The translations under genes and the position numbers were made by a program. This document shows positions 32,590 through 49,511 of a stretch of DNA of 64,000 bases, piece by piece. Under the pieces are notes generated by a model that was given only the letters and a program-made list of their open reading frames with translations, had not been told where the DNA came from and did not search any database. Origin of the DNA: the human T2T-CHM13v2.0 reference genome, Homo sapiens; assembly GCF_009914755.1 (NCBI RefSeq), contig NC_060946.1; one strand, 5' to 3'. The first letter of the stretch is position 1, and the number at the start of each line of letters is the position of its first letter.

Positions 32590-33805
32590 TGATTCACTCA
32601 TTCATTCTTTTTTTTAAAAACTGCAACCTTCCAGCTCTGACCAAACACATCCAGGCACAAGGCACCCAGACCAGGCCTGAGTGGGATCCCCAAGAATGGC
32701 TCGATTTGGAGCCCGAGGCAATCAGCCACCTGTCTCCCTGGCCACAGCCTCTGGAAAAGCCACACCTAGCATCTGCACCCCCTCCCCAGGAAGGTGTCTT
32801 GTGCTCACACAATTCAGAACAACCCTAAAATGGTCTCAGAATTCTGTTGCCAGGGAAAAAAAAAAAAACTGAAATAAAAATGATGGCTCCCTGAAGAGCC
32901 CACCATTGTGAGCACCAGAATTAACAATGACATTAAATCAAATCTCATGCATTATGCAGAGAGGTTTACAGCAAAATGCACGTCTGTGAAATATATGTTT
33001 CAAATTTCCTGACTCCAAGAGGTGGCCCCAAGATGTTCTCCTGTGGCTTCTTTGATAACAGTTTCCCTGTCACAAACGTTAATTGTGGAATCCTAGCTTA
33101 GCACTGCGTGGCCTCATCACCCTTCCCTTGTATCAAAGCACAATTTCCTGATCATTTCCACAGCAAAAGAAAGTGATTACAGAGATAATGTGGTGGAAGC
33201 ACATCAGCACATTTCAGCTTAAAACAATGAAATGCGGTGCTGAAATGAGGACTCCAGGGTGTCTCTATTGACAGGACGCACAGAATAAATTGTCCAAACA
33301 TTCACCTTTGCAGTAACGACAGAGATTTTTAAGTGACTCCAGAGATTAGGCGGGCTGCCCAGAACTTGTAACTGACATCCACAATGAATTATTGAATTCT
33401 GTTGAGGCATAAAAGTCTGTAGCAAACCAAGTAGTCAGTCTACCCTGAAGAAGGCCAGCCTGCTGTCACTGGAGGGGCAAAGACTGGGCACCCCACTTCT
33501 GGTACCATTTGCAGCTGTGTGACCATTGGCAAGTCATTTAGCCCAGGACGGGGAGTTGAAAGTCACAAGGCTCAGCTTGGGTGTTTGTCCTACATGGTGG
33601 GCATATGACCTGTGTAAGTTCTCTGAGCTTTTTCTCTTTGTGTGATGGGGAAGGTCAGCATCCACCCTGCAATACCCTGTGTGCTCCCAAGCACCTGCTT
33701 TGTGCCAGGCAGTGAAAGTCTCATAATTACAGAGAAGAGCACAGTACATTTCCTGCCCTCAAAGGGCTTCCTCAATAGCTGGGGAGAATGTAAGAAAGTA
33801 AATGC

Positions 33806-34146
<341 letters not shown>

Positions 34147-34334
34147 CTAAAGCAGTATGTGCAGGGCACAGGGAGGTGCAGGATAGGAGACAGAAGAGAC
34201 AAGAGAGTCGTAAACACCTCCTGGTTTTTGGCTTGAGATATGTGGGCAACTAAGGGTGATCGTCCCTGGAATGGCAGGAGTATGGGAGAAAGAGCAGGTT
34301 CTGCTGTTGATTTTTTAAAATTTATTATTTTATT

Positions 34335-34623
34335 ATTATTATTTTTGAGATTGAGTCTCACTCTGTCACCCAGGCTGGAGTGCAGTGGTGCAATCTCTGT
34401 TCACTGCAGCCCTTTTGGGTTCAAGCGATTCTCCTACCTCAGCCTCCCTAGTAGCTGGAATTACAGGCACACACCACTATGCCTGGGTAATTCTCGTATT
34501 TTTAGTAGAGACAGGGTTTCACCACGTTGGCCAGGCTGGGCTCAAACTCCTGACCTCAAGTGATCTTCCTGTCTCAGCCTCCCAAAGTGCTGGGATTACA
34601 GGCGTGAGCCACTGTGCCCAGCC
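34335..34623 (-). mobile_element. Alu
   Basis: Alu consensus. Confidence 0.88.
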
Positions 34624-34690
34624 TCTCTGCTGTTGATTTGATATCAAAAAGCTTTACTTTTTTGTTAGAATAACAATAACTTACTGTTTA

Positions 34691-34942
<252 letters not shown>

Positions 34943-35399
34943 TCACTTGAAATGTGACTATCTATGAATCCTATTCTTAATATTTTGAGAAATGGGCACT
35001 CTCGTATACTGCTGGTCACAATGCAAATAGTACAGTCACTTTAGAGAGCGATTTAGCAAGCTGGTGAAGTTCAAGCATTGTTAAGTCTAGATAATAACCA
35101 AGAAAGTAGGTATAATAACATCACCGCAGCACGGCTGTCAGAGAAAATAATTAGATGCAGCCTAAATATCCATCAGTAGCAGAAATGACAAATAAATTGG
35201 GTGATGTATTCACAAGATTGAAGAGTGTCCTGCAGTTAAACTGAACAAAATAGGAGTGAATTTATCAATATAGATAGATCTCAAAATATTGCATTAGGAA
35301 GGAAAAAAGCTACAGAACAATAAAGATAGCATGGCATCATATGTGTAAAAATTTTAAGCTACCAAGACAATCCTATATGTTGTTCATGGATTGAATAAT

Positions 35400-35412
35400 A
35401 TTATATACATTG

Positions 35413-35443
<31 letters not shown>

Positions 35444-35511
35444 ATGTCCTATATATATACACATGACCTATACATATATATATATATATATATATGTGTA
35501 TATATATATAC
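35400..35511. repeat. Compound (TA)n/(CA)n microsatellite
   Basis: Direct reading. Confidence 0.9.
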
Positions 35512-35717
35512 AAGAAGAATTTTTAAAAAGTAGCTGGGAAGGAGATATACCAAACTCTTCATAGAAGAAAGGAACAAGAGGGTCTTTACCTACAGCTATA
35601 TATTTAAAAAATTTAATATTAGGGCTTACAGTATCAACCTTAAGTAAACTGAAAGGTAATGATGTATATTATGATGCAAGGATCAACTACCAAAAAATAA
35701 TGTAAAAAGATATAGCT

Positions 35718-36358
<641 letters not shown>

Positions 36359-39078
36359 TTAAACCAAAAAAAGCCAAGATAAACAGTGGAACAAGAAACC
36401 AAATGGGACAAACAGGAAACAAATAATAAAGTTACCAACTGCATCAATAATTATCTCTAATATTCATGGACTAAACTTTAAAATTAAGGGGCAGATGTCA
36501 AAATGGATATAAAAGCAAGAACTAACTACATTCACTTTAAATATAGACAGGTTGAAGGTACATGAATACAAAAAATATACCATGCACGCAGTAGGCATCA
36601 GGAGTGTGGGGTGTCTATATTAACCTTAGATAAAATAAACTTCAAGACAAAAAGTATTATCATTTAGAGAGGGTCTTCTGATACTGATACAATGGTCAAT
36701 TTATTCAGAAGATGTAACTATCAAATGTAAATGCACCTAGTATATAGAACTTCAAATACAGGAAGAAAAAAAAACACAAGATAATTTAAAAGATAGACAT
36801 TTCATAATCATAGTTGGAGACTTTAGCATTTCTCTCATCAACTGAAAGATCAACTTGACAGAAAGTAAAGTCACAGATAATCTGAACAACTATCAACCAC
36901 CTTGACCTGATTGATATTTTTATAATGTTACAGCCAACAACAGAAGAATACACATTCTTTTCAAAGTGCACATGATACAGACATGAATACTGACCACATT
37001 CTGGAATACAAAACAAGTCTCAATAAATTTAAAGGAATTGAAATCACATGAAGCCTATAATGAAATAAAATTGAAAATAAAAATAAATGATATTTAGGTT
37101 TCTTTTTTCTTTTTGTAAAAAAGAAAAAGAAACCACACTTCTAAATAATTCACATGTCAAAGAAGATATCATAATGGATGTGAGAAAATAATTTGAATTC
37201 AAATCCAAATTAATTTGAATATATGCTAATGTGATATGTCAACATTTCTGTAACAGTTAAAACAGTACCTGGAGGGAAATCTAAATGCTTATATTAGGAA
37301 AAAAGAAAAAAAGAGAAAATTCTAAAATCAATGACTAGTGATGAGTCATTTTTAAGAAAAAAAATTTATGTATCAAAGTAAACCCACACAAGTAGAAGGA
37401 AGGAAATAATAAATAACAGAAATCAACAACGACAATAAAACAGACAGTAGAGGAAATTAACAAAGCCAAAAATTAGTTATTTGAAAAGATAAACAGAATT
37501 CACAAACACATAGCTAGATAGATCAAAAGAAGTCAGAAATTAAGAATAAAAATTATGACTTTAGAGTCTACAGATAGTAAAATAATAAGAAAATATTATG
37601 ATCAGCAAGATGACAAACTCCTTGAATAATTCAACTTAGCTGAAACTGAATATCTGAATAGCCTTGTATATTAAATACGCTGAAAATTTTAATGGAAAAA
37701 AACCTTCTCGTATGTAAAACTCTTGGCACAAATGGCTTCGCTGGTGAATTCTAACAATAGAAAGATCTTCTTTCAGAAACTAGAACATTTCTAACTTATT
37801 TAACACCATAACCTGATGATGATTTGCAAAGAAGTCTATAGTTCAATATCCCTCATAGACATAAATATGAAAATACTTAAATATTAGCAAATCAAATAAA
37901 GCAATATGAAAAAGATACTATATAGTGAACCAAGTAAAGTTTATTTCAATAATTAAAGGTTGGTTTAACATTTGAAAATCAATATAAATCATATTTCCAG
38001 AATACAGGAGATATGCATATTGTTTTAAAAATGGATATAAGTGTTTGACAAAATTTTAAAACCATCTGTGATTTTTAAAAAATCAAAGCAAACTAAGAAG
38101 GGACTTTCTATCTACTAATTAATGTACTTAATGGTCAAATTATTGAAACATTCTCCTTACAAAATCAGAAACAAGACAAGGGTGCCCAGTCTCACCTCTT
38201 CCATTCCACATTGTATTGGAGATCCTGACTATTGCAATATGGCAAGAAAACTAATAGGCATAAAGATTCGAAAGAGGGAAGTAAAACTGACGCTACTTGC
38301 AGACGACATAATTGTTTAGATGGAAAGTATTACAGGGTTTACAAAACAACTACTAGAACTAATAAGAGGATGTGGCAAGGTTTCAGGATATAAGGTGTAT
38401 CAGTCAGGGTTCACTCAGGAAACAGAAAACACAATAATTTGAAAAGGGAAAGTTTAGTGTAAACAAATCAGTAGCTATAACAGGGCCATAAATATTAGGG
38501 TAGAAACTGATCTCTGAAGAGTACCTTTGGGCTACATGAGAGCATCCTGGGGAGGAACAATTTGGAAGGGGAAGCCCATCCCCAAAGCTGAGATTCAGAC
38601 CTCTTTGGAGAAGGAGCAGCTGCAAGCCCTCTGGGTGCTGAGGTTTGCCCAGTTGGCTGGGCTGGGCCGGTCCACAGTCACTCGCAAGTAGAAAACACGC
38701 CTGTGGGTTGCAGGTACCAATGCTGGTGAGTGGGCAAGCAGAGGCTTTCAGTAATTAATAAAGTTTGAAAACACCAATAAGCCAGCTCCCAAGTACTTAA
38801 GGCTCACTCGGGCCTTTCTTTAGTGCTAGATGCTTCTTTCATGAGGGAACTGGTACAATTCCTGGAGAGGCCTCTTGCTGGCATGTCTTGGGTCATGTGG
38901 CCTGTTCATTAACAAATCAACTTGGCTGGGAGATGTGGTACTCGTATTGTACCATCATGGGCCATGTGCCCCTAGAGGGGCACAGGAGGCAAACAGGGCA
39001 GCTCCAGATGGCTCCAGAGAGCAGAAGCCCCAGGGAAGCAAGTTTCAGGCAACCCAAGGAAAGCTGTCTATGATGGGT

Positions 39079-39780
<702 letters not shown>

Positions 39781-39835
39781 GTTAAGTCGTGTGCCCCAGG
39801 GTTGAAGTCCTAACCCCCAGTACAATGACCCTTAT

Positions 39836-40110
39836 GCAGTAATCCCCACTTATCTGCAGTTTCAGTTACTCATGGTCAACTACAGTCCAAAAATATTAAA
39901 TGGAAATTTCCAGAAATAAACAATTCATAAGCAGTGTCCCGCCCTGGATAGGAAGCGTCCCTCCGTCCAGCTACCTGCTCATGAGTCACTTGGCCACCAT
40001 CTCATTGATCAGCTCGACCATTGCAGTGTCCCTGTGTTTGTGCTCAAGCAACCCTCACCCCCTACTTAACAATGGCCCCCAAGGGATGCTGGCAGTTGGG
40101 ATCTGCCAAA
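39836..40110. mobile_element. MER44/Tigger-like DNA transposon fragment
   Basis: CAGT..CCCC.CTTATCTGCAG...AAATATTAAATGGAAA.TTCCAGAAATAAACAATTCATAAG. Confidence 0.6.
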
Positions 40111-40651
40111 GAGAAGCTTCCTTCCATGCTGACCGCCTGCCCTGGACAGCCAGCCCACCCTGAGCTGGGCACCCTGCTCTCCAGGGGCCGTGTTAGATGG
40201 AGCTGGGAGTGAGGGTCCTGGAGTGACCGCTGTCCCAAACTGAGGCTTGTCTCAGCACAGGGTCCCCTGGGTGCTGTGGGGTGGGGTGTGTTGAGCTACA
40301 GGCGGCAGATGTCTGCACATCGTGGGAGCCCCCTTCTAATGGCAGAGCTGTCCCTGGGAGGGAGGGAGGGAGCTGCTGTTGCTGGAGTAGAGGGGCAGGG
40401 CAGTGAGGGGTGCTTTGGAGGGAAGTCCCTGCACGGTCCGGGAGCTGGAGGTCACAGGAGCTGCCCCTGAGCCCTGCTCTTGGTTGGGAGTATGGCTGTG
40501 ATGGAACCGCATGGGATTGGAGGACAAGGACGGAGTGGAGTCCAGGCACGTCCACTCGGCACCTGCAGGATCGCAGGCAATTCCATCCCTTTCCTGGCCT
40601 CTGCTTTCTCATCTGCCTGCCCAGCCTCACCTGGCAGTTGGGGTGGCCTAA

Positions 40652-41337
<686 letters not shown>

Positions 41338-42685
41338 TAGTTGCTGGGTTGAGAAGAGACTGCAGCGGGGCAGGGTTTGGAAAGAGCAGGTGGGTGGCAG
41401 CTGCCGGAATCCAGGGGAGATCATGGGGCTGGGACCAAGGTGATTTTGGGGTGGGCGGTGAGGCTTGTCCCATCCTGCTTATGTCCTGAGGGCGGAGCTG
41501 ATGGATTTGCCAAGGACCAGGTATGCAAGGTGGGAGAAAAGAGCCAAGAGTGACTCCCAGGGTGCCAGCCCCAGCAGCCTGAAGCTCCTCTGAGATGGGG
41601 AGGTGGGAGGGACTGGCCTGGTAGAGACTGTGCAGAGCGTGAGACACCCGCAGCCGTACAGTGGGCCTGGGGGTACAGACAGAAGCCAGGGGCAGGTGAA
41701 GGCCGGCTGCGGGAGATCTGAACACAGACCTGGGCCTTCAGTGATTAGGTAGAAGAGAAGCAAGTCTGGAGCAGAGACCAGGGAGCAGCCACATTGGCAG
41801 GAGTGAGGTCCCAGGAGCCTCCTTTGGCAGGGGGTGTGGCCAATGTGTCCTCTGGTTCTGAGAGGTCCAGGTGATGACCGGGAGCACCCCGGGGATCTGG
41901 CCATGGGAGGTCACTACTGACCTGGTGTTCCAGAGGTGCAAAGGGGTGGGGAGTCGGACTGAAGAGAATCCAAAGAGGACAGGAGTGAGCCACGGATGCC
42001 GAGTGTGGTCTTTTGAGTGGCCCCCAGGAGGGCTCAGGCAGAGCTGACTTGAAACCTGCTCCCCTCCTCCCAAACTATTCTCCCCAGGGCAAGCCATGAA
42101 GCGGGACTGTGTGGCAGCCCTGCATGCCCTCCACCTCTCTGTCCCCTGGGGCACCGGACCCCACTTTGGCATTAGACCCCAGCCTCTGGCCACAGCTAAC
42201 TGCCCAGGGGTCGGCCCCGACCCACTTGGCCAATCAGAGTCCCCCGTGCAATGCCAGGAGCTAGGACTCAGGGGGGCTGATTCCCCACCTCTTGTAGGGC
42301 AAGGTGTAAGCTCAGCGTGGCTGCAGGAGCGCCTGTACCCGCTGCTGGGGGAGAGAGACAGCGGTGATGTTGCCAGGCTGAGAGGCAGGAACCCATGAGG
42401 GAGCAGAGGGCACCACCTTGGGCTCTGCACAGTGACAGACCTGCTGGGTTTCCAAGACTTTCCACCCTCAATCCTAGCCCTAAAGGGTCACCCGCCGCCT
42501 CTGAGGACTGGGAATCGGGGGTGAGTGAGTGGAGGGCACTGAGCTCTCTCCCTGTTTCCCTCCCTCCATCCCTCCCTCCTCAGGATGGGAGAAGACCCTG
42601 ATTTCCAGCCCCTCCAACGCCCACCTGGCTGCCCTGGGCACTCCCGGGGGCCTCTCCGCAACGCAAGGACACCAAAACCACAGGG

Positions 42686-44611
42686 CTTTGAAATCATCGA
42701 TCGAGTTTAATACATTGTAAAGAAGGAAAACTACATTGGCGTATTTAAGACAAACACTTTTTCTCTATCCTCACTACCCACTGGACGGTCCTCCTTGGTC
42801 CAAAAAAAACCTAACAATCTCAAGACACATCGGCAGCTACCCCTCCCGGGTCCAACCTTTCAGATCCTCCCATTACACTGTTAAAACATGTAACTCAATC
42901 CATCCGCGAAGAAAACCAAACCAACAGAAAAGGAAGCTGAAGACATGGACATCGCAAGCCACGCGGTAATGCATACTTGGCACAGAGTAGCCAATATAGA
43001 AGACGTGTGCCTCACACGGTTCACTTTGTTCATCAATAAAAGAATATAAAAATCTTGTTCACCCAGTGGTAAGTGTATTAAAATAGATCTGTATCATACA
43101 GCACAGTTTCTCCCGGAGTCGTGAGAATGACAGGAGGGACCGTGGCAGCTGCGGGATTTGCCGGCCTCCTCGCTCTGCACCTCTGCGTGTGTGCATGCGT
43201 GTCTGTGGTCGTGGCCGCGTGCGATGCACACACGCGTGTTCAGTGCAATTCGGCACCATGTGATATGCTCGGGGTGGGAGCCCGTGGCTCCTGGACGCTT
43301 ATCCTGTTGTGCTGAGTCCCTCAGGACTGGGATGTGGGAATCGGGCAAGGGTGACAAGCTGCCACTGCCCACCCTGGATGCAGAAGCCCTTGGCAGCAAG
43401 TCTGGTCCCCGAAGGCCGGAACCTCCCGAGGCCACCGCCCTTTCTTTCCTCCCCAACCCTCCACCCGGCTCGTAAAAAACCTGCCGGATCTTCCAGCTTG
43501 GCCAGGCTTCCCGAGGGGAGGTGTTCCCATTTGTACCTTGAAGCAGAGACTACTAGAAGCAGAAAGGAAGTCAGCCAGAGTCCCCCCAACCATTCACATT
43601 AAATATCTCACAATAAAAACGCCATACAAAAGTGTGAAGTTATTTTTTGGCATAGTGTCTGCACTGGCAAGAAGGGAGGAGTGGAATACTTATCGGCTCT
43701 TCCAAAGGAGACAAGAAAGGGCTTCAGTCGTTAAGTTGAATGATTCAACCCCAAGGAGAAAACCTGCCAAATGCTGCCCCCCACAACAGGGTTGCAGCTC
43801 CACTCTGCCCAGAAACTCCATGAGAAAAACGCATCAACGGCAAACTGAGTCCAAGAGATTGGCAAAAGGAAGGAGGCAGCCTTGAGGACCCCAAAGACGG
43901 AGCAGGAAGGGCACAGGCTCTGGCGGGGATCACTGCAGCGTCCCGGCGCCCAGATGCTCACCTCCGACAGTGTCTTTCAAGTTAAACAGCTGCAATTCGT
44001 AACCCTAATAATACTGACAGAAAGGGGCCCAGGTGGTTCTGCAAAGGCGACGGAGTGCCCCAGGCCCGCCCGCCCACCCCAGGGGGACCTCCTAGGAGCG
44101 TGGGGCATTGAGGAACTACCTAGATCCACTACCCCGCTTCTCGTCCCAACTACCGCTACCACTCAGCTAGTCCATGTGTTCTCAGCTCGCCCTCCCACAG
44201 GACACCAATAGGCGGTGCCCTCAGTGGAGACTGCGTTCTGGGGGGCGTGCTTGTCCCCTCCACAGCCTCAGCCTGCCCCTCCAACGGGCCAGAGGGAGGC
44301 CGTGGAGAGCAGGGCCTGGAAGCCAGAGGCCCAGGCAGCCCCGAGGTGGCCGGGGGGAGACTGTGTGCCCCAGCCTGTCGTACCCCACCTGGCTCCTAGG
44401 TACCCCCTGTGAATTTGGAGGGCACAGGGCCGCACCCCCACCTGGTCCTGGCTCTAGGCCTCTCGCCCAGCTCTTCCTCCCTCCTCTCCTCTGTCTGGTT
44501 AATTTTTGTCTGAAATTCATAGTGTTTATGAATTAAGGCCGACAGAACCCCCAGGCTGTGTAAGCAGGGTCCCAATAACTTTCCGTGGGTATGAAGACTG
44601 GTCCCTCGGGG
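42686..44611 (-). other. PHF21B: PHF21B 3'UTR (~1.9 kb)
   Basis: Repeat-free stretch from the stop codon to the poly(A) signal; 3' end estimated from signal position. Confidence 0.75.
42706..42711 (-). terminator. PHF21B: PHF21B polyadenylation signal ATTAAA
   Basis: tttaat on + strand; GU-rich downstream element (CTGTGGTTTTGGT on - strand, 42671-42683). Confidence 0.75.
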
Positions 44612-44830
44612 TCAGTTGTGGCCCTGGGGGTGCTGGACGGTGGGGTGTGTGGCTGCCACTGAGGGCTTGGTCCAGGGCCCGGCCAGCAGTGGGGCAGGGC
44701 TAGTGGTCGTCATGGTGACCTGGAGCAGCTGCTCGCCCTGTATCAGTCTCAGGAGGGCCCGCAGGCGGTCCAGGGATGACTGGGTGCCCCTCTGGCGGGC
44801 CAGCAGGCTTGTCTTCAACTCCAGGCATTT
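44612..44830 (-). CDS. PHF21B: PHF21B terminal coding exon: [37 protein letters not shown]...QHPQGHN*
   Basis: CAG acceptor 44831-44833, TGA 44612-44614; phase 0. Confidence 0.96.
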   Translation of the reverse strand, partial: KCLELKTSLLARQRGTQSSLDRLRALLRLIQGEQLLQVTMTTTSPAPLLAGPWTKPSVAATHPTVQHPQGHN

Positions 44831-45447
44831 CTGTTGGGGAGAAGGTCAGGGGAAAGGGTCTCAGTATTCGGCTCTACAGCCATCCTGGGGCAGCCACCGT
44901 CTGGGCCCCTCTCCCCTCCACTACAAAGGCCTACAAGAAACCAGGCTGAGGGCTTCACAAAAACCAGGCAGTGGTGCAAATGCAATTAAAGAGCAGCCAG
45001 ACCCACAGGAGATGATGCTCGCTTTGGAACTTAGGGCTAGAAAAAGTGTGGCTCTGCCTGGGAACGTCCTTCCCATGGCTGTGATGTGACCTCCTCCTCC
45101 CCGCTAGCTGCCCACACTCTTCCTCCTCCTCCTGCTGGCCAAACTGCAGCAGCCTCGGAGGCCTTTGGCTTCCCAGTCGCCTTTCTGCTCTTTCTCTCGC
45201 CTGTTGTGCTGTGTGGTGCTGCACAACACACTGTCTCTCTACGCACCACCGCAACAAGGAAAAGCAGTAAGGACTGATGCCTACAGTCCCATATCCATCT
45301 GCTCTGGGTGAAATACTGCTTGGGCAAATAACAACCTCCCCGAGATGGTTTCTAAAATGATTATAGGGACAATCACAAAGCCTCTTCACAGCATTATAGA
45401 GAGGATTAAATGAGACACTGCATTTAAAGAGCTTCCCCAGGGCCCGC

Positions 45448-46460
45448 TACCATCACCATCCTCTAACACATCAACACCACCATCATCACCATTACTGTGA
45501 TCATTACCACCATCACCACCACCATGATCACCATTATCACCACCGCCACCACCATCACTGTGATCAGCACCATCACCACCACCATCACCACCACCATGAT
45601 CACCATTATCACCACCGCCACCACCATCACTGTGATCAGCACCATCACCATCATGATCACCATTATCACCACCACCACCATCACTGTGATCAGCACCATC
45701 ACCACCATCATTACCACCATCACCACCACGATCACCAACGTCACCACCACCACCACCACTGTGATCAGCACCATCACCACCATCATCACTACCACCATCA
45801 CCACCACCATGATCACCATTATCACCACCACCACCATCACTGTGATCAGCACCATCACCACCATCATTACCACCATCACCACCACGATCACCAACGTCAC
45901 CACCACCACCACCACTGTGATCAGCACCATCACCACCATCATCACTACCACCATCACCACCACCATGATCACCATTATCACCACCACCACCATCACGGTG
46001 ATGAGCACCATCACCACCATCACCACCACCATGATCACCATCGTCACCACCACCACCATCACTGTGATCAGCACCATCATCACCACCATCACCACAACCA
46101 TGATCGCCATTATCACCACCATCACTGTGATCAGCACCATCAACACCACCATCACCATAATCACCACCATAATCACCATTATCATCACCACCATCACCAT
46201 CACTGTGGTCTGCACCATCACCACCATCATCACCATCATCATTACAACCATCACCATCACCACCATGATCACCATCACCACCACCATCACTGTGATCAGC
46301 ACCACCATCATTACCACCATCACCATCACCACCACCATTACGACCAACACCATATCATCATCACCATCACCATCATCACCACCACCACCATTATCATATT
46401 CCCATCACCACTATCATCACCATCACCATTACTACCATCACCATCATCACCACCACCACA
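45448..46460. repeat. ~1-kb complex (CAC/CAT)n-derived tandem repeat with higher-order units, in last PHF21B intron
   Basis: Triplet-periodic, recurring ATCACTGTGATCAGC; 156-bp internal duplication. Confidence 0.95.
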
Positions 46461-46716
46461 ACCAAGATCTTCATTATCTTGTCTATCTCCATCCTATGGA
46501 GGAGGAATTACGTTCACTTTACACAAGAGGAAACAGATTCGGAGGTCAGGGCCCTGCCAAGGGGCCTGAGCAGGCGCACAGCCAGGGTGCTGTCAATCGC
46601 TTGATAAATATTTGTTGAATGAGTCACAGCGCTGCCTTCTCCACATACTGGCTTGCTGGGGGATGCTTGGTGAGTCTGTCTTCTTCCTAGGCCTTACAGG
46701 TGAACAGTGAAGCTCT

Positions 46717-46995
46717 GCATCCACACCTGTGGTTCTAAGGACACATCTGCCTGTCCCCAGGCCCCGGTGCACACCTGCAGGGCTGAGGCCAGCCTGGATC
46801 TACACTTGTGGTTTGAATGACACGCCTGCCTGTCCACCAGGCCCTGGCTCCTTCCTGCACTGCTGAGGCCAGCCTGGATCTACACCTGTGGTTCTAAGGA
46901 CACATCTATCTGTCCCCTAGACCCGGGGCACACCTGCAGGGCTGAGGCCAGCCTCCCCCAGGCCCCGGGGCACACCTGCACTGCTGACGCCAGCC
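46717..46995. repeat. ~80-bp tandem repeat (3 copies plus a partial) containing copies of the PHF21B exon end and 5' splice site
   Basis: Unit GGATCTACACCTGTGGTTCTAAGGACACATCT...CACACCTGCAGGGCTGAGGCCAGCCT. Confidence 0.85.
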
Positions 46996-47079
46996 GCCGG
47001 TCCCGCTCCTCCAGCTGCTGGTGCTCGTTCTGCAGCTCACTGCCTCGTTGCAGCAGCTTCTGCTTCTCCTCTTCTTTGA
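46976..47079 (-). CDS. PHF21B: PHF21B exon (104 nt), coiled coil: [35 protein letters not shown]
   Basis: TAG acceptor 47080-47082, GTGTGC donor; phases consistent. Confidence 0.95.
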
Positions 47080-47412
47080 CTAGAAAAGAGAAGGCCAGGT
47101 CCCTGGAGAGGGGCAGGTAAGGAGCGGCTGGGTCGTAGAGTAAATGGGAGAGGCAGAAGGGATGAAACCAAGGCCTAGGACATCCCCCTGAAGAAGCCAG
47201 TGGCTGTGGCCAAATGCACAGGACCTGGAGCCACTCTCCCCTGGCCACACCTGCCCCGGACACAGGACCGGTCCCAGGATCCCACTTTTCAGTGCTCTGG
47301 CCCTGAAGGGAATGGACCCACCTGTCCTCCCACAGGACCAGGTGAGCCCAGAGGCCTGGGTGGGGGAGGAGGGGGAGCAGGTACCCTTTTCCACTCCCCA
47401 GGGATGCCTCAC

Positions 47413-47488
47413 CTGTCTTGTGGGTGACATAAGAGTGCACGATGGCCAGCATCCCAGTCCAGGGCACACCCTCGTCTTTCTTTAAGGC
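47413..47488 (-). CDS. PHF21B: PHF21B exon (76 nt): [25 protein letters not shown]
   Basis: CAG acceptor, GTGAG donor; homologous to the PHF21A post-PHD segment. Confidence 0.95.
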
Positions 47489-47969
47489 CTGGGGAGCAGA
47501 CGGGGAGATGAAAAAGTGGACAGGCCCTGGGACCTGCTGGGACTGTCCACACCCTGGCTGTGTAACCCTGAGGGGGCACGCCCTGTCTGAGCCACAGGGT
47601 CCTCACCCGTGACCAGGAGCTGGGGCCGCACATGCCTCATGGCCCAGCTCACAGGGGCTACACAGCTCCACGAGGCTGGAACATTCTGGGCCTCTCCCCT
47701 GCTCATCACCAGGGCCCTGAACAGGCAGCAGGCTCAAATACTTCTCGAACGAACGAATGATCACCTGTCTTCCTCCCACGTCCAGAAGACCTGAGGGCAG
47801 CGACCCCAGGCACGCCAGGGACAAATGGAGAGACTCGATGTCCCCCACACTATGCTGAAGTGGGGAACAGAATTCTGTTCCCTCTCCACATGGCCTCAAA
47901 AAGTTGTGACAAAAAAGAAAGAAGAAAAAAGGAAGAAGAGGCAAAAAAAAAAAAAAAAAAAAAAAAAAA

Positions 47970-49362
<1,393 letters not shown>

Positions 49363-49511
49363 TTATCCAGCCCCAAATGTCAATTGTGCTGAGGTTGAAA
49401 AAGCCTTCCTATACCCAAGCCCCTTTTTTCACCCCTCCTCTGCCCTGTCTCTGCCTACGGTGGGGACCTCCATGCCAGTCTGGGGTGAGGGGGTCACACA
49501 GCCTCCTGTAC

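Noticed and set aside
45497-46618. 373-aa Thr/Ile-rich mucin-like ORF (and 296-aa Val/Met ORF on the other strand) as a protein-coding gene
   Set aside because: Open frames follow from triplet periodicity of a simple repeat; intronic, with no promoter or splice support.
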